From: Bacteroidales bacterium
GTDB lineage: Bacteria; Bacteroidota; Bacteroidia; Bacteroidales; VadinHA17
Length of the DNA stretch: 64,000 bases
NCBI GenBank assembly: GCA_036261255.1
Contig: DATALD010000035.1
Location: 683-64,682 of the forward strand
Reading direction: 5' to 3'
In this document: piece by piece, positions 63,788 to 64,000 of the stretch
Layout of the letters: each line of letters opens with the position of its first letter
Numbering within the stretch: position 1 is the first letter of the stretch
The notes under the pieces: generated by a model
The model's database searches: none
Told to the model about the DNA's origin: nothing
The model's input: only the letters and a program-made list of their open reading frames with translations
Program-made: the position numbers and the translations under genes

Positions 63788-64000
63788 ATGTCAACAGGAA
63801 AAAAATCAATAGCATTCATAATAATCATCCTGACTCTTGACCAGATCCTTAAGATCTGGGTTAAGACCCATATGCAGATTGGTGATGAGATCCATTTATT
63901 CGGCAATTGGGGCATCCTTCATTTCATAGAGAATAATGGAATGGCATTCGGTATGGAAATGGGAGGAAGACCCGGGAAATTCATTCTTAGCATTTTCCGG
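63788..64000 (+). CDS. lspA: Lipoprotein signal peptidase II (N-terminal 71 codons; truncated by the window end)
   Basis: Absent from the ORF track because it is open-ended. MSTGKKSIAFIIIILTLDQILKIWVKTHMQIGDEIHLFGNWGILHFIENNGMAFGMEMGG matches the LspA pattern (LDQ..K, V.N.G.AFG). Confidence 0.85.
   Translation, partial: MSTGKKSIAFIIIILTLDQILKIWVKTHMQIGDEIHLFGNWGILHFIENNGMAFGMEMGGRPGKFILSIFR

Noticed and set aside
63688-63915. 75-aa minus-strand ORF at the right end of the window.
   Set aside because: The plus strand encodes an unmistakable LspA N-terminus from 63788 onward, so the minus-strand ORF is antisense noise.
1-64000. Mobile elements, integrases, rRNA/tRNA genes and CRISPR arrays.
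   Set aside because: I found no transposase, integrase or recombinase motifs, no long terminal inverted repeats, no rRNA-like conserved blocks and no regularly spaced repeats anywhere in the window.

Overview
AT-rich, gene-dense chromosomal segment that looks Bacteroidota-like: it has a T9SS C-terminal sorting domain, many TAnnTTTG -7 promoter boxes, and an alternative complex III operon plus a caa3-type oxidase cluster. The left ~16.5 kb (1-16487) looks accessory. One minus-strand gene string encodes five paralogous secreted fibre-like proteins that share a ~110-aa C-terminal module. These are followed by a 156-aa protein with one YD repeat and a T9SS sorting domain, then a 2146-aa SpvB/FG-GAP/Rhs (Tc BC-like) polymorphic toxin ending in an HExxH domain, then the first codons of a possible immunity gene. 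An ECF sigma / anti-sigma / OM beta-barrel trio is transcribed divergently from this string. The other ~47 kb is mostly housekeeping: moeB-like, pepE, AsmA-like, two sensor kinases (one with a degenerate catalytic core), U32 peptidase, tRNA 2-selenouridine synthase, rsgA, GH43, a PPi-type PFK, Crp/Fnr, PHP phosphatase, mntP, dtd, MFS, deoC, hemD, rnpA, S41 protease, moaD-like, polA, queD, acyl-CoA ligase, a Tat-signal SOD, and a membrane protein/HTH/creD operon, with lspA cut by the window end. A respiratory block (47.4-60.3 kb) holds SCO-ctaD-ctaE-coxIV-ctaC-ctaB converging on actABCDEF. I recognised no rRNA, tRNA, CRISPR array, transposase, integrase or reverse transcriptase. Several short dispersed intergenic repeats and GC-rich hairpins are present. 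All calls come from reading motifs by eye; no database search was run.
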